Part shown: positions 14,453 to 30,567 of the stretch, piece after piece
How the letters are laid out: each line of letters opens with the position of its first letter
Numbering within the stretch: the stretch's first letter is position 1
Assembly: GCA_965153355.1 (NCBI GenBank)
Contig: OZ231126.1
Span: 49,910,001-49,974,000 of the forward strand
Direction of reading: 5' to 3'
Length of the DNA stretch: 64,000 nucleotides
Source of the DNA: Flaccisagitta enflata
Taxonomy: Eukaryota
Program-made: the position numbers and the translations under genes
The notes under the pieces: generated by a model
What the model saw: only the letters and a program-made list of their open reading frames with translations
Database searches by the model: none
What the model was told of the DNA's origin: nothing

Positions 14453-14779
14453 CTATCTCCACACGCATGGACTAAAATTAAAGCGAAGCTCCACCGAGTC
14501 TCAACTTTCATATATGAGTTTGTCAGTTTCGAGATTGAACCAACGATGGCGGTGACATCGTTTATAACTGTGCTAATAAAAGAAGAATGAGGCTGTGTAG
14601 GGAGCACAAAAGCTTCCTCGAGCCTTTGGTGGTTTCACCGCAATGGCGCGAAGGAACCCTCAGAACCAATGAGAATTAGAGACAGTAAGGCTACAATGGA
14701 GAAAGTACTGCAGCTCATGTGAATGTCGCCACTAGGAATGTGGAAGCGGCTAATCGCTTCCAATTTGGAGGATGGGATA

Positions 14780-15381
14780 CAGTGGGGTTCGTGGAATAAC
14801 AGCCTAAACTGGAGGAAGGTATTTAAGTGTCTTAATTTCATTTGACAAACTTTATATTTGAAATATAAGTTGTTCACTCGATGCTTTTGTCCCTGAGTTT
14901 TTTGGTTGCTATGGAAACTAAAATTATTTTTTCAAACATTCATAACCACTAAGATATCAATATTTTGAGAAATATTGTCAAGGAAAATTGCTCAAAATTA
15001 AATTTGCTACAACTTTCCCACAGTATGTTCTGTAAGAATATTGCTGGTTTGGCCGTTGCTAGGGGGCATCACACCTAGCAACCGCTAAACGATGCTCCCT
15101 AGCAATGGCTAAACGAGCAATATTCTTAAAGGACATACTGTGGGAAAGTTGTAGCAAATTTAATTCTGAGCAATGTTCCCAGATAACATTTGTCAAAATA
15201 TTGATATTCTAGTTGTTATAAATGTTCAAAAAAATAATTTTGGTTTCCATAGCAACCAAAAAACTCAGGGACAAAAGCATCAAGTGAACAATTTATATTT
15301 CAAATGTCAAGTTTGTCAAATGAAATTAAGACACTTAAATACCTTCCTCCAGTTTAGGCTGTCATTCCACGAACCCCACTG
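14780..15381. mobile_element. mariner-type fold-back MITE
   Basis: TA-CAGTGGGGTTCGTGGAAT ... ATTCCACGAACCCCACTG-TA; ~300-bp arms of high identity. Confidence 0.85.
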
Positions 15382-15902
15382 TAGCTACTTCACACAGTAT
15401 TCTTCACCCACTCAGTATAAATGAATGGGTGGTGATTAAAAGGTGATAGTTGGGTGACGAATACTGTGTGTAGTGGCTATCCCATCCTCCAAAGTGGGCC
15501 TGTACTAGTATTAATGTTTAAGCTAAACAATGAAAGCGGAAGCGGCATGAAAATCGAGCGCTTCCATATCCCTCGCCACAATAACAATCAACATGACCGC
15601 GATAGCACCTTATACCTTATACCTTATACCTTATACCACCACCAAGTCACTCGACCGTTGTTGAAGAATTGTATTCATTTCATATTGTCATGTTATTTCT
15701 CGAATGTCTCGTGCTCATTCTTCCGTTGGCTGTTAGCGTAGTTGTGACCCCTTTCGCAACCAAGCGTGTCTATTTCTGCCGGATAATTGGTAAAGTGCTG
15801 GTGGTTGACGCAGAGGCTAAAGTCGATATTTTTTTCACATTTTGAGATGATGTGATTTCATTTCTACAAAGACATTCCCTCTCCACACTCCATTAAGAAT
15901 TA

Positions 15903-16185
15903 AACAAGGCCACGTAGGCCAACGATGCGTCTACTTTTTTTTTTAGTTTTTTTTTTATGAATGAATGTTTTTATGAATGAATGTTTTTTTATGAATGAAT
16001 GTTTTTTATGAATGAATAAATGATTTAATGAATGAACTATTCAATGTATGCTACTTTTACTGAGTTGGTATAAATTTTCTGATTAAAAAATGCAAGATTC
16101 TGATGCTTTTTATGAATGCGTTACAGACCAACCGACAGACCAACAGACATAGACTATTATAGAGATGCGAGGACGCATCTAAAAA
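15903..16185 (-). mobile_element. HINE-like family C element with (TTTTATGAATGAATG)n repeat
   Basis: Reverse complement of TTTTAGATGCGTCC-CGCATCTCTA ... GACGCATCGTTGGCCTACGTGGCCTTGTT. Confidence 0.55.
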
Positions 16186-16616
16186 GAAGGAGAATTAAAT
16201 ATCGAAAAGGGCTTTTATCGGTTAAAGATGTTTTTCACTTTACCAAGGCCGGATACACGGCTACCGAAGTCTCGTGCGGGTGGGCAGGGGCCATATTTGA
16301 GGTCACCAGACCATTTGGGCAGGAGCAGTGAGGTCAAAGAAAAAAAATCATAAAAAAAAGTAAAGTGTGTCCAACCATACGACCAACCGACGGACAAAGC
16401 GAGTCGCGTGTCAGTTTTAAAAACCAATAGAGATGACTTCGTGATCTGGTTGATACAATGGAAAAAAATACTCTAACGTACACGCCTGTAACGAAAATTA
16501 AATGTCAAGTCCCTGACAAGCTGAACAGCCATATGAAATAATGTCAACAAGACTACGTTGTGAGAAACAAGTACTCCATGTAATTCCGGCCAGCTTTGAA
16601 AAAAGTTAGCTTATCT

Positions 16617-16782
16617 TTAGTCGCGGACACGCTACTCTACACCTTGACGTGTCGGTCGGTACGTCGGTCGGTATGTCGGTCGGTACGTCGGTAGGTAACA
16701 AATATTTCTGAATTTCGAGCGGTTTTGCATTACAGCTCCTGCCCAACCGTCCGCGACTATTTTGCCGTGTATCCGGCCTTGT
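16617..16782 (+). mobile_element. HINE/DINE-like element family A
   Basis: TTTAGTCGCGGACACGCTACTCTA ... (GTCG)n ... CCGCGACTA ... GCCGTGTATCCGGCCTTGTT. Confidence 0.6.
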
Positions 16783-17044
16783 TATATTAGATTCCACAAA
16801 TGGCACAAATATTCACCACTACCACATACTTTTATCGAGGGGGGAATCTTTCGAGCGTGTAAATCTAAAACGTCACTCAGATACTCACAGACCGAAACCA
16901 TCGGGGACACCAAAATTTCTTTCCACCAGCTTTTAGATTAAAAAACAAACTTTTTGGATGGGGAAAAAACGGCCTGAAAGGAGCAAGGTCAACGTTGCAA
17001 CGAACCAGAAAGTAAAAGGACAAATGTCCCAATTAAATGAATTA

Positions 17045-17350
17045 ATGGACAAATGGACAGGCGGAAAAAAGGGAAATTCAGACAAATGATCAAGTGGACA
17101 AGCGAACAAGCGGACAAGCAAACAGGCGGACAAGCAAACAAGCGGATAAGTGTACAAATGAACAAGTGGACAATCGGACAAGCAGACAAATGAACAAGTG
17201 GACAAGCGGACAAATGACAAGTGGACAAGCAGACAAGCGGACAAGCGGACAAGCGGACAAGCGGACAAGCGGACAAGCAGACAAGTGGACAAATATCCAA
17301 GTGGACAAGGGGACAAGTGAACAATCAAACCAACGGACGAGCGAACAAAT
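17045..17350. repeat. 8-bp minisatellite (GCGGACAA)n
   Basis: Tandem GCGGACAA/GTGGACAA units. Confidence 0.9.
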
Positions 17351-17987
17351 AACAGAGATGGGTTCTTTTAAATGTGCGCGAAGGACATCCAATGTAAAAT
17401 AGGACGGGGAGAAAAGGAAAAAGAAGCGGAAATGAAATCGGAGACAATATATAAAACGAATGGAAAAAATTACAGACTTATATCGCTGACATTTAACTAA
17501 AACAACGATGAAAAAGAAAACAGAAAGAAAAAGAAGAATGAAAGAAACAACTAAATAGCATTTGATTCATTTGCAAGTAAAGCAACACAGCATTTTCACT
17601 TACAAACAATGAAATGAAGAGCACTTTCAGTTTTTTTTATTCCCAACAGATGCCCATCATCCATCGCAAGTTTTGCTATAGTCTGGAGTTGATGATTACG
17701 TCATACTGAGGTCACCATGCTAGGAGAAGCTCGTTGCAAGTTAACCACCCACCTCTTGCCTTTTGCAATTTGCACTCCAACTACCGTCTTTCCCTCGTTA
17801 ATTCAAATAAAACTCGGGACGAGAGACGGCCTCCTCCCGATTCATTATTTCTTTCCAATTAATTACTTATTTCGGATATAGAAAAAAAAATGACAGAAAG
17901 AGAAGAACAAGTACCCCGGGGGTACAACGATGCGTCCACATGCGGCTTAGCTCGTAAATGACATTCTTATTAAAACTAAAACAGACA

Positions 17988-18070
<83 letters not shown>

Positions 18071-18756
18071 AACATTGCATCATCCCTATGTCAGATCATA
18101 GAATGATGAAATTGACCCCGCGATCTTATGCGATCGTTTTCAACTCGAGCGTGACGGACCAACCAACGGACGGACGGACGGACGGACGGACAAAGCCTCT
18201 TATAGAGATGCGTGGACGCATCTAAAAACGATGTGAGCAAAATCGTGATTTTCGCCGGATTCATTTTTCCTCCCGCAAACGCACACACAGAGATAGATAA
18301 TAAAAAAAAATCACGTGAAGGAAGTCGCTTTAAAACCACTTGGATACACTCGAGACGCACATTTATAACGCTTTTGCCTTTGGCAGACTCATTTTTCAAG
18401 CTGGAATATTGGGTTTACCAAGCCATTTTTTCCATGTGTGTGTGTGTGTGTTCTATGTTGTGGTGATTTTTTTTCTCGCTGTCTCATTCGATCTAAGAGG
18501 ATTCATATTCAACATCGACTCTGGAGATGTTCATTGAAACTTTTGTCTCTAGTTGCAGACACTGTGCTGAAAGTCTGAAAAATAAGAGGTCATAAAGTTT
18601 CAACGAACATACTGGGAACGTGTTTACAACTTTCAATGAAAATATGGAAAGCAATAAAGGACAATGTCGAACGGCATAGATAGAGCTAGATAAAACTATA
18701 TGGGAAAAGAGAGAACAGAGAAAAAGACAGAGACAGAGACAGAAAGAGAGATAGTG

Positions 18757-18865
<109 letters not shown>

Positions 18866-18947
18866 GGGATCATGGGAGAGAGGGAGACAAAGCCAGAAAA
18901 GAAATAAAAGATATAGAGATGAAGTAAAAACTAAACAGTATTGAATC

Positions 18948-19422
18948 TTTTTTTAGTCGCGTGCTACGCGACTCTATAAGCCACTTTTCCGTTGGTCCGT
19001 CGGTCGGTCCGTAACAAAATTGTTTAAACGGCTTTTCACATAAAATAAAGCCTTTTTTAATATTTTTTAATGTTTCTAAGGCATTTATATGCCTCTATAA
19101 GCCACTTTTTGGTTGGTCATTTGGTCTGTCTGTCTGTCCGTCTTTCAGTCACAAAGTTGTTTTAAGAGTGTTACAGCCTATTTAAAGACATATTAAATGT
19201 TTTTGAATGTTTTCATGTCGTTCATACAGCTCTATAAACCACTTTTTGTTTGTCTGTCTGTCCGCCGTCCGTCTGTCTGTCCATTTGTATGTCATGAAAT
19301 CGTTTTTCAGACTTTGTTGCTAGTTCAAAGGTATTCTTAAATGTTCTAGTCTGCTCATCTGTCTGTCTGCCTGACTATTTTGAAAGTGCCGACGCACGCG
19401 ACTTAGGTCCAATGACCTTGTT
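18948..19422 (+). mobile_element. longer HINE-like element with internal ~125-bp degenerate repeats
   Basis: TTTTTAGTCGCGTGCTACGCGACTCTATAAGCCAC start; CTCTATAAGCCACTTTT-like motif recurs at ~18972, 19093 and 19230; end ACGCACGCGACTTAGG...CCTTGTT. Confidence 0.55.
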
Positions 19423-19521
19423 TCAAGTTCTTCTGACTCTGACCGAGAGTGAATAATGAATTAATGATTGAGGCAGCTTATGATGAACAAATTTACATAG
19501 AGAAGACAGTCAACTAAGAAA

Positions 19522-20109
19522 TAATAGTCGCAAAAGCGTTAGATGGTCAGCGGTACCCGTTGCCCCTATGTGAGTGTATGTGGGTGTAAGGTGGTTAGAG
19601 GGGCAGCGGCCCCGAAGGGGCCGATGACCTATGCTGTTGTTATTTGGGCCTCAAGGATGGAATTAGGACCTGGAGGCTGGGATTTGAGCGCAGAGGCGGG
19701 GATTTGAGCCTCGTGGCTGAAATTTGAGCCTCCAGACTGGGATTTGGGCCTCGAGGCTGGGATTTGGGCCTCGAGGCTGGGATTTGGGCCTCGAGGCTGG
19801 GATTTGGGCCTCGATGCTGGGATTTGGGCCTCGAGGCTGAGATTTGGGCAAAAAGGCTAAGATTTGGGCCTCGAGGCTAGGATTTGGGCCTCGAGGCTGG
19901 GATTTGGGCCTCAAGGCTTGGATTTGGACCTTGAGGCTTGGATTTGGGTTTCGAAGCTAGGATTTAGGCCTCAAGGCCGGGAATTGGGTCTCGAGGCTAA
20001 AAGCGGGGGGGGGGGGGTACGAAGAAGAAGGAGAAGGAGAAGGAGAAGGAGAAATTTCTCCTGTGTGAAAGCATAGGTCATCGGCCCCTTCGGGGCCGCT
20101 GCCCAAAAA
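19522..20109 (-). mobile_element. HINE-like family B element with expanded 20-bp minisatellite (GAGGCTGGGATTTGGGCCTC)n
   Basis: Reverse complement of the 2542-2829 layout; ~17 repeat units at 19645-19997. Confidence 0.6.
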
Positions 20110-20251
20110 GTGATAGAGTGTGTACCAGCTACAAGCCAAATGAGTCAGCAGGAAAGTGCATTGTTGACACGAATGTTATCACAGTGACCAAACTTCATGA
20201 AAATAACGGTGATGACAACAACGAAGATGATGATGGTATCGGTGACAACAG

Positions 20252-20636
<385 letters not shown>

Positions 20637-20705
20637 ATCACAGCCGTAGTAATGATGACGATAATACCAAATGGAGTTGGTGATAAGAACGATGAGCATG
20701 ATGAC

Positions 20706-22126
20706 TAGGGGTGGGGATAATGCACCTTAGTCAATGGATCAAGCTGCAGGTGAAGAATATGTGCTAACATGATGAGAATAGATGGTATACCAAGTTTCAG
20801 GACCTTTGGGACAGTTTCAGCCTAGCCCTCCACCCCCCCCCCTGCCCCCAGGGCTTCAAAACCCAGAAAAAGCGATTTTTTTGCTATATTAAGCGTGTTT
20901 TGCCTTCCAAATGTGTTGAAAAATGATAGAAACTACTAAAACACATTCTAAAATGTGTAACCTGACATGTGATTACTCATTTGGGGTGTGATACAGGATT
21001 TCTTATGGGTATAGACCCTCCAGAATTACTGCAAAATGATGATTTTTGCCAGTTTTAAGTAATTCAAGTTATATTGTGATATCATCTGTTCAAAAATTTA
21101 TGTTACATGTTTATGGCAAGTATGTTGTTAGGGGCAGTCAGTGGTGGGCAGGGGCAGTAATGCAGGTGGGCTGGGGATGTCTTGTAGGTGGGCAGGAGCT
21201 GTTATGCTTAGAAATCAAAATTTTGGCCAATTTTGCATCATCGTAAATTTTCCTATTATGAACCATTCTAAAATGTGCAACCTGACATGTGATTATCCAT
21301 TTGGGTTATGATGCTAGGTTGCATACCACTCACCTTTGGAATCCTTTTCATACCACTCTCAAATATGATCACGAAATTCGCTTTGGATGAAACAACAGCA
21401 AAGACACATTTAGAACATTTCTTAGATTTGATTGCAAAACTGATGTAATAATAAAAAGAGTGTCTGCTTTGAGATGTACAACATCATTATTCATTTTTTC
21501 ATGTTTAAGTTGCTTGCAAAGTGACTCTTTAAGAGAGTGTGCCCATCCATCCTAGGGTTGGTTCATAATATGAAATAATACAATGATGCAAAATTGGCCA
21601 AAATTGTGATTTTTAAGCATAACAGCCCCTGCCCACCTACAAGACAGCCCCAGCCCACCTGCATTACTGCCCCTGCCCACCCACAGACTGCCCCTAACGA
21701 CATACTTGCCATGAACATGTAACATAAATTTTTGTACAGATGATATCACAATAGAACTTAAATTACTTAAAACTGGCAAAAATCATCATTTTGCAGTGAT
21801 TCTGGAGTGTCTATACCCATAAAAAATCCTGTATCACACCCCAAATGGGTAATCACATTTCAGGTTACACATTTTAGAATGTGTTTTAGTATTTTCTATC
21901 ATTTTTCAACGCATTTGGAAAACATGCTTAAAACATGCTTAAAATAGCAAAAAAAATCGTTTTTTCTGGGTTTTGAAGCCCTGAGGGCAGGGGGGGGGGT
22001 GGAGGGCTAGGCTGAAACTGTTCCAAAGGTCCTGAAACTTGGTATACCATCTATTCTCATCATGTTGGCACATATTCTTCACCTGCAGCTTGATCTGTTG
22101 ACTAAGGTGCATTATCCCCACCCCTA
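20706..22126. mobile_element. non-autonomous hAT-type element with long (~550-bp) TIRs
   Basis: TAGGGGTGGGGATAATGCACCTTAG ... CTAAGGTGCATTATCCCCACCCCTA; perfect 8-bp TSD ATGATGAC at 20698-20705 and 22127-22134. Confidence 0.85.
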
Positions 22127-22601
22127 ATGATGACGACTTTGACGATGACGGCGACGTAAACGTATTTACGTTGGTTGAATCGCGAGCGCGAGTTTGAAAT
22201 AAAATCGCATTTCATCCTGAAACACTTTCCATCGCTATCGCCAACACTGGCATCGAGCCAGGCTTTTGAGAAGAAAAAAACTCCTTAAGGGTTCAACACA
22301 TCTATCTCTGCAATGGATCTCCTCGTCTGTCCTTGACTATCTCTCCAAGTTGATGTGTCACTCGTCATGTTTATCATGGCTACCGTACATTTCCAACTTC
22401 ACTGGGCAGTTTTCTTTTTTCATCCCACAACAGATTCTCAACGCACGTAAGCAAGCGAGCTTGATATATCGCTTTATTACCGACACTGAAATTCCGTGCG
22501 CTATTGTCGATTTTTTACGTGGCCGCATTCCAGTCAATCGGCCTGTCTTTCTGTCTGCAAAGCATTATCTCCGTTTGTCTGTCTATCTGTCTGCCTCGGT
22601 T

Positions 22602-22676
<75 letters not shown>

Positions 22677-22827
22677 CTTTCTTCATCTTGGTTTTTAGCG
22701 CCCAAACTCCTTTTTTCGTAGGCAAATCGTCAGACGAATAACCATTAGTAAAAATCAAGGGACCAAACAGGGATCAGGGTAGCCTCAAGGATGGCCGCCA
22801 AGAGATCTTGCCTCTCCTGCTTAGGCC

Positions 22828-23345
<518 letters not shown>

Positions 23346-23470
23346 GCTGATGGCATGTTTTTTGTGTGTGATGCTCAGTCACCAAGTTACCATCTTGGAA
23401 CAGCATATCCACACCTGATAATTTGTCATTCTGTGCTCATCCTTCTGTCTATGTGTCTTTCAGCCTATGA

Positions 23471-23511
<41 letters not shown>

Positions 23512-24006
23512 TCTCTCAGCTTGTGACAAAGAAAGCATCGAACTGCTGAAGCAATTCTGGTTAAAAGTCTCTTTGGGATCTTTATTGGAATTACTGTTTA
23601 AAGTACTCGGAGAAAAGATTTAGTTAAGAGTTATGTATTCTAACATTAACTCACTTAGCTCTCTTGGATTCGGTTTTTGTTTTTGTTTTTGTTTTTGTTT
23701 TTGTTTTTGTTTTTGTTTTTGTTTTTGTTTTTGTTTTTGTTTTTGTTTTTGTTTTTGTTTTTGTTTTTGTTTTTTTGTTTGTTTTTTTGTTTGTTTTTGT
23801 TGTTATTTTGTTTTTTAATTTTTTGTTTCGTTTTCGTTTTTTCTTTTTTTTTTTGCCGCCGATCTGCATTAATTTCCTATACCATTAACTTTTTTTCAGA
23901 GTGATGTGAAAGAGGCCAATATTTATGGATGATCTAAGCTTGTCAAGATTCTGAGAATCTTGAAACAGGAAAGAATACCTAAACAAAACTAATAGAACAA
24001 GGAAAA

Positions 24007-27138
<3,132 letters not shown>

Positions 27139-27259
27139 GTAAGATTTACATTTTTTTATTCTTGAATAATCTTGTTTCTTCTCTTTCCCTCCCCCCCCCT
27201 TAAAAAAAGGTGGCGGAATTTTTTTTTTCTTCCTTTTTGTCTTCATTTGTCATTTTTAA

Positions 27260-27363
27260 ACGTTCATCGTCCGCTTCATCCGAATATTTCTTCGTCTTTT
27301 TTACCCGGAGGCAACCGACCATTTTGAGTATCTCTCTCTCTCTCTTCTCTCTCTCTCTCTTCT

Positions 27364-27450
<87 letters not shown>

Positions 27451-27729
27451 CATGTTTGGTTTCCATCAGCAGTTTCTAACCATCTGTTGATGCGATTTCA
27501 GAGTCTTGTATTTTGAATTCATTTTCATACGAATGACAAGTGTGATACTTTTAATATTGCGTTGATTTGGCGTACAAAAGAAAAATACTCCCCCAGTAAG
27601 CGGGAAGCTATCTAACATGTTACGTTCATCGTCCGCTTCATCCGAATATTTCCTTCGTCTTTTACCCGGAGGGCAACCGACCATTTTGAGTATCTCTTTC
27701 TTTTTCTTTTCTTTTTTTTCTTTTTCTTC

Positions 27730-27785
<56 letters not shown>

Positions 27786-27950
27786 CATGTTTGGTTTCCA
27801 TCAGCAGTTTCTAACCATCTGTTGATGCGATTTCAGAGTCTTGTATTTTGAATTCATTTTCATACGAATGACAAGTGTGATACTTTTAATATTGCGTCGA
27901 TTTGGCGTACAAAAGAAAGATACTCCCCCAGTAAGCGGGAAGCTATCTAA
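27260..27950. repeat. local tandem duplication (~360 + ~330 bp)
   Basis: ACGTTCATCGTCCGCTTCATCCG...GCGGGAAGCTATCTAA occurs at 27260-27616 and 27622-27950. Confidence 0.9.
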
Positions 27951-29557
27951 TATGTAAAAACATATATTTGAATGCAAAAGAAAAACACGTACCTTCTGTG
28001 TAGGCTCAAATATCAATTCAATTCACAACTTGTGAATCACAAGTATGTGGAAACTAAGTTTCCATTCAAAAGAGAGAGATAACAAGTCCATAAGAGATAG
28101 AAATACCTTCGAAATCACGTTTAGAGAAAAAGAAGAAATAAAAACCAAGCAAAAACAACTTCATTAAGGACCAACCTACCTGCCTATCTACCGTAGATGT
28201 GAAGGCCTTATTGTCGGACTGTGAAACCTGTCGGACTCACCTGAAATGTTCAAAACAGAAGAGAGAAAAAACCGATGATAGTGGTTCATTTGTTTAAAAA
28301 AATCACTATTACCCTGCTTTCAAAATCGAGTGTTACCAGCAAAACCTTTATTGCGTCTGAAGTATACATTTTTGGAAATTCAGATTGGATTTGCCAAAAA
28401 GCGAATAACCTACCATTTGTTCATTCAAAATTTCATCACGCTGGCTCTAGCGGTTTATCGTCCACATATTTTTAAAATTTGATGAAATTTTGAGCAAAAT
28501 TTGCTAAAAAAACCGCATTTTTGAGCAATTTTGCAACTAGAAACTTTTATAAACTTTGCATATTATGAGTTTGAATGACCAAATAAGTCATGTATAGTCA
28601 GTAATTGACACTTACATTGTATCATTTTAGTTTTTCACCATTTTATAAGAAATTTTGGCGCTGAAATATAGTTGTCGTTATTTGAAACCTGCTCAAACTT
28701 CAAAAAATGAAAGGAAAACCCAGATTTTCCTCATAGATTTTAATGATTTGGTGTTTTCTAGAGAGATATTATAACTGTGTCAATGTAGGCAATGAGGAAA
28801 AGGAAAAGACAAAAAAAGACAATAAAATCAAAGACAAAACAATGTTGTACCTCAGCCGAGGCTTTGGACTCGCAGGAGAAAGGGTAAAACAAAATATTAC
28901 CCTTAATCCTGGCCGGTTTAGGCCCCATCACCGTTTCCCAAAGTACAACAAATAAATTGAGACAAAAATATAAAAACATAAAAATATAAAAGAGAATAGG
29001 AGAAGGAGACAGCAGCTTAGCAAGAGCAGAAATGAAAACTAAAGAGTGAAGGACTGAAGAGGAAGAGGAAAGGTTTGGTCAAAGAGAAAGAGTGGTCAAG
29101 AAAAGCCTGGTCAGAATGACAGAGGTCCTAAATTAGGAGAGGCAGAGGTTATGAAATGAAATGGAAAAAACATAAGGTAGTGAAATATGACAGAGGTCTT
29201 AGAGTGGTTATGAAATGAAATAAAAACCTAAGGTGGTAAAACATGAGGATTGGAATGCGCAAATCTATAAATAGTTCAAAGAGATTGTACAGATTACATA
29301 GATTACAAAAATAGTTCACATATTTTATTAAAACAAAGATTGAGCCTGCTATATGAATAGACCAGGCCCAAATTTCCCCAAAATTACAATTTTTTATACA
29401 TTTTTTACATATATATATAAATATATACAAATATAGATCAAAGCTATGTGAATAGACCAATGATCTATAAGATGAGGTTCGAGTCTGCTATATGAATAGA
29501 CCACAACTCTTACCTCATAGAAATTTTAAAAACAGAATAAACCTGGAAAAAACTAGA

Positions 29558-30152
29558 CTAATTGACTGGCTGAGTGGAAATAGTATTAAAACTACCTGAA
29601 GAAATATCTTTAAACCACTTATCAAAATCTAAAGGAATGACCCATCTCTGAAACTCTGAAATATACTTGTTGATAACCTTACAAAATTCGCTTTTCAAAA
29701 AACAAAAGTTATATCCCCTATTTAACAATGTCACCAGTAGAAATCTCACCCTTTCTTCAAAATCATAAATGTTACTACATAGCCTCTGAAATCTCAAAAC
29801 TTGTCCATAAAAAACCTTGTAACAAATCTTCCCATCAAGATTGCTCTCAAGAAATGGCAAAGAAATGACATCAAAAGGAAAAGCGTTGGTCTTACAATAA
29901 ACCTTAGTACTTATACCACCGTCCTGAATCCTGACCTCCATATCTAAAACATCAGCCTTTTCTAGGTCATCATTCTCCTTTGTAAGAGTCAAACTAGGTG
30001 GATATATCTCCGATGAAATTGCCATAAAATTCCTTATATTAAGAGAAGTACAGTCATCCCGATATCTTCTGAAAAATTCCAACCTTTCTGCCTCAATTCT
30101 TGCCCCTGATTTAACCTTAGAGTCAACATACCTGAACTCATCCACCATAAGT
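29558..30152 (-). CDS. Naiad-type PLE reverse transcriptase, C-terminal fragment
   Basis: LMVDEF..RRYRDD..IYPPSLTL..VLDMEV..SNL..FYGQVLRFQRLC. Confidence 0.8.
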
Positions 30153-30567
30153 AGGTGGGAAATTTCCAGCTAAAAACGCAAAGTACCAGTCAAAAAAATA
30201 GATAAGTGAATGAGGGGCTGTCTTAACTTGCTGGGTGTAAGTGGACAATGCTCGGTTCCAGGTGGAACATATCGCGCTTTTGAGTTTTAAATGTGTACTA
30301 TTATCATAAATTCTTCAACAATCAAGCAACCGCAGCTGCTTTCAAGTCCTCTGCCGCTGCTCCTGCAGGTGCTGCCGCATTTCCAATAGAAAGAAAAACA
30401 AAAGAACAGTTTTTGCCAGTGATTTCTTATGTACAATAATAAAAGGCTTAGGCGATTGGTGATTTTTGATAGGACAAGGTCAAATTTACGTCAGAACTGA
30501 AAGTTAAGACAGTCTATAACTCCCCGATGTGCCCTAAATCCCAGAATTCTCGATACATTGGATGCCT
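30153..30567. mobile_element. 415-bp insertion with 9-bp TSD splitting the PLE RT
   Basis: ACCATAAGT at 30144-30152 and 30568-30576; only AGG..CCT terminal complementarity. Confidence 0.8.

Noticed and set aside
22432-22452. Possible 13-nt micro-exon (CAG|ATTCTCAACGCAC|GTAAG) upstream of TMTC
   Set aside because: Splice-like motifs alone are insufficient without transcript data
29476-29486. GGTTCGAGTC resembling a tRNA B box
   Set aside because: No A box or cloverleaf; it is part of the hairpin stem described in findings
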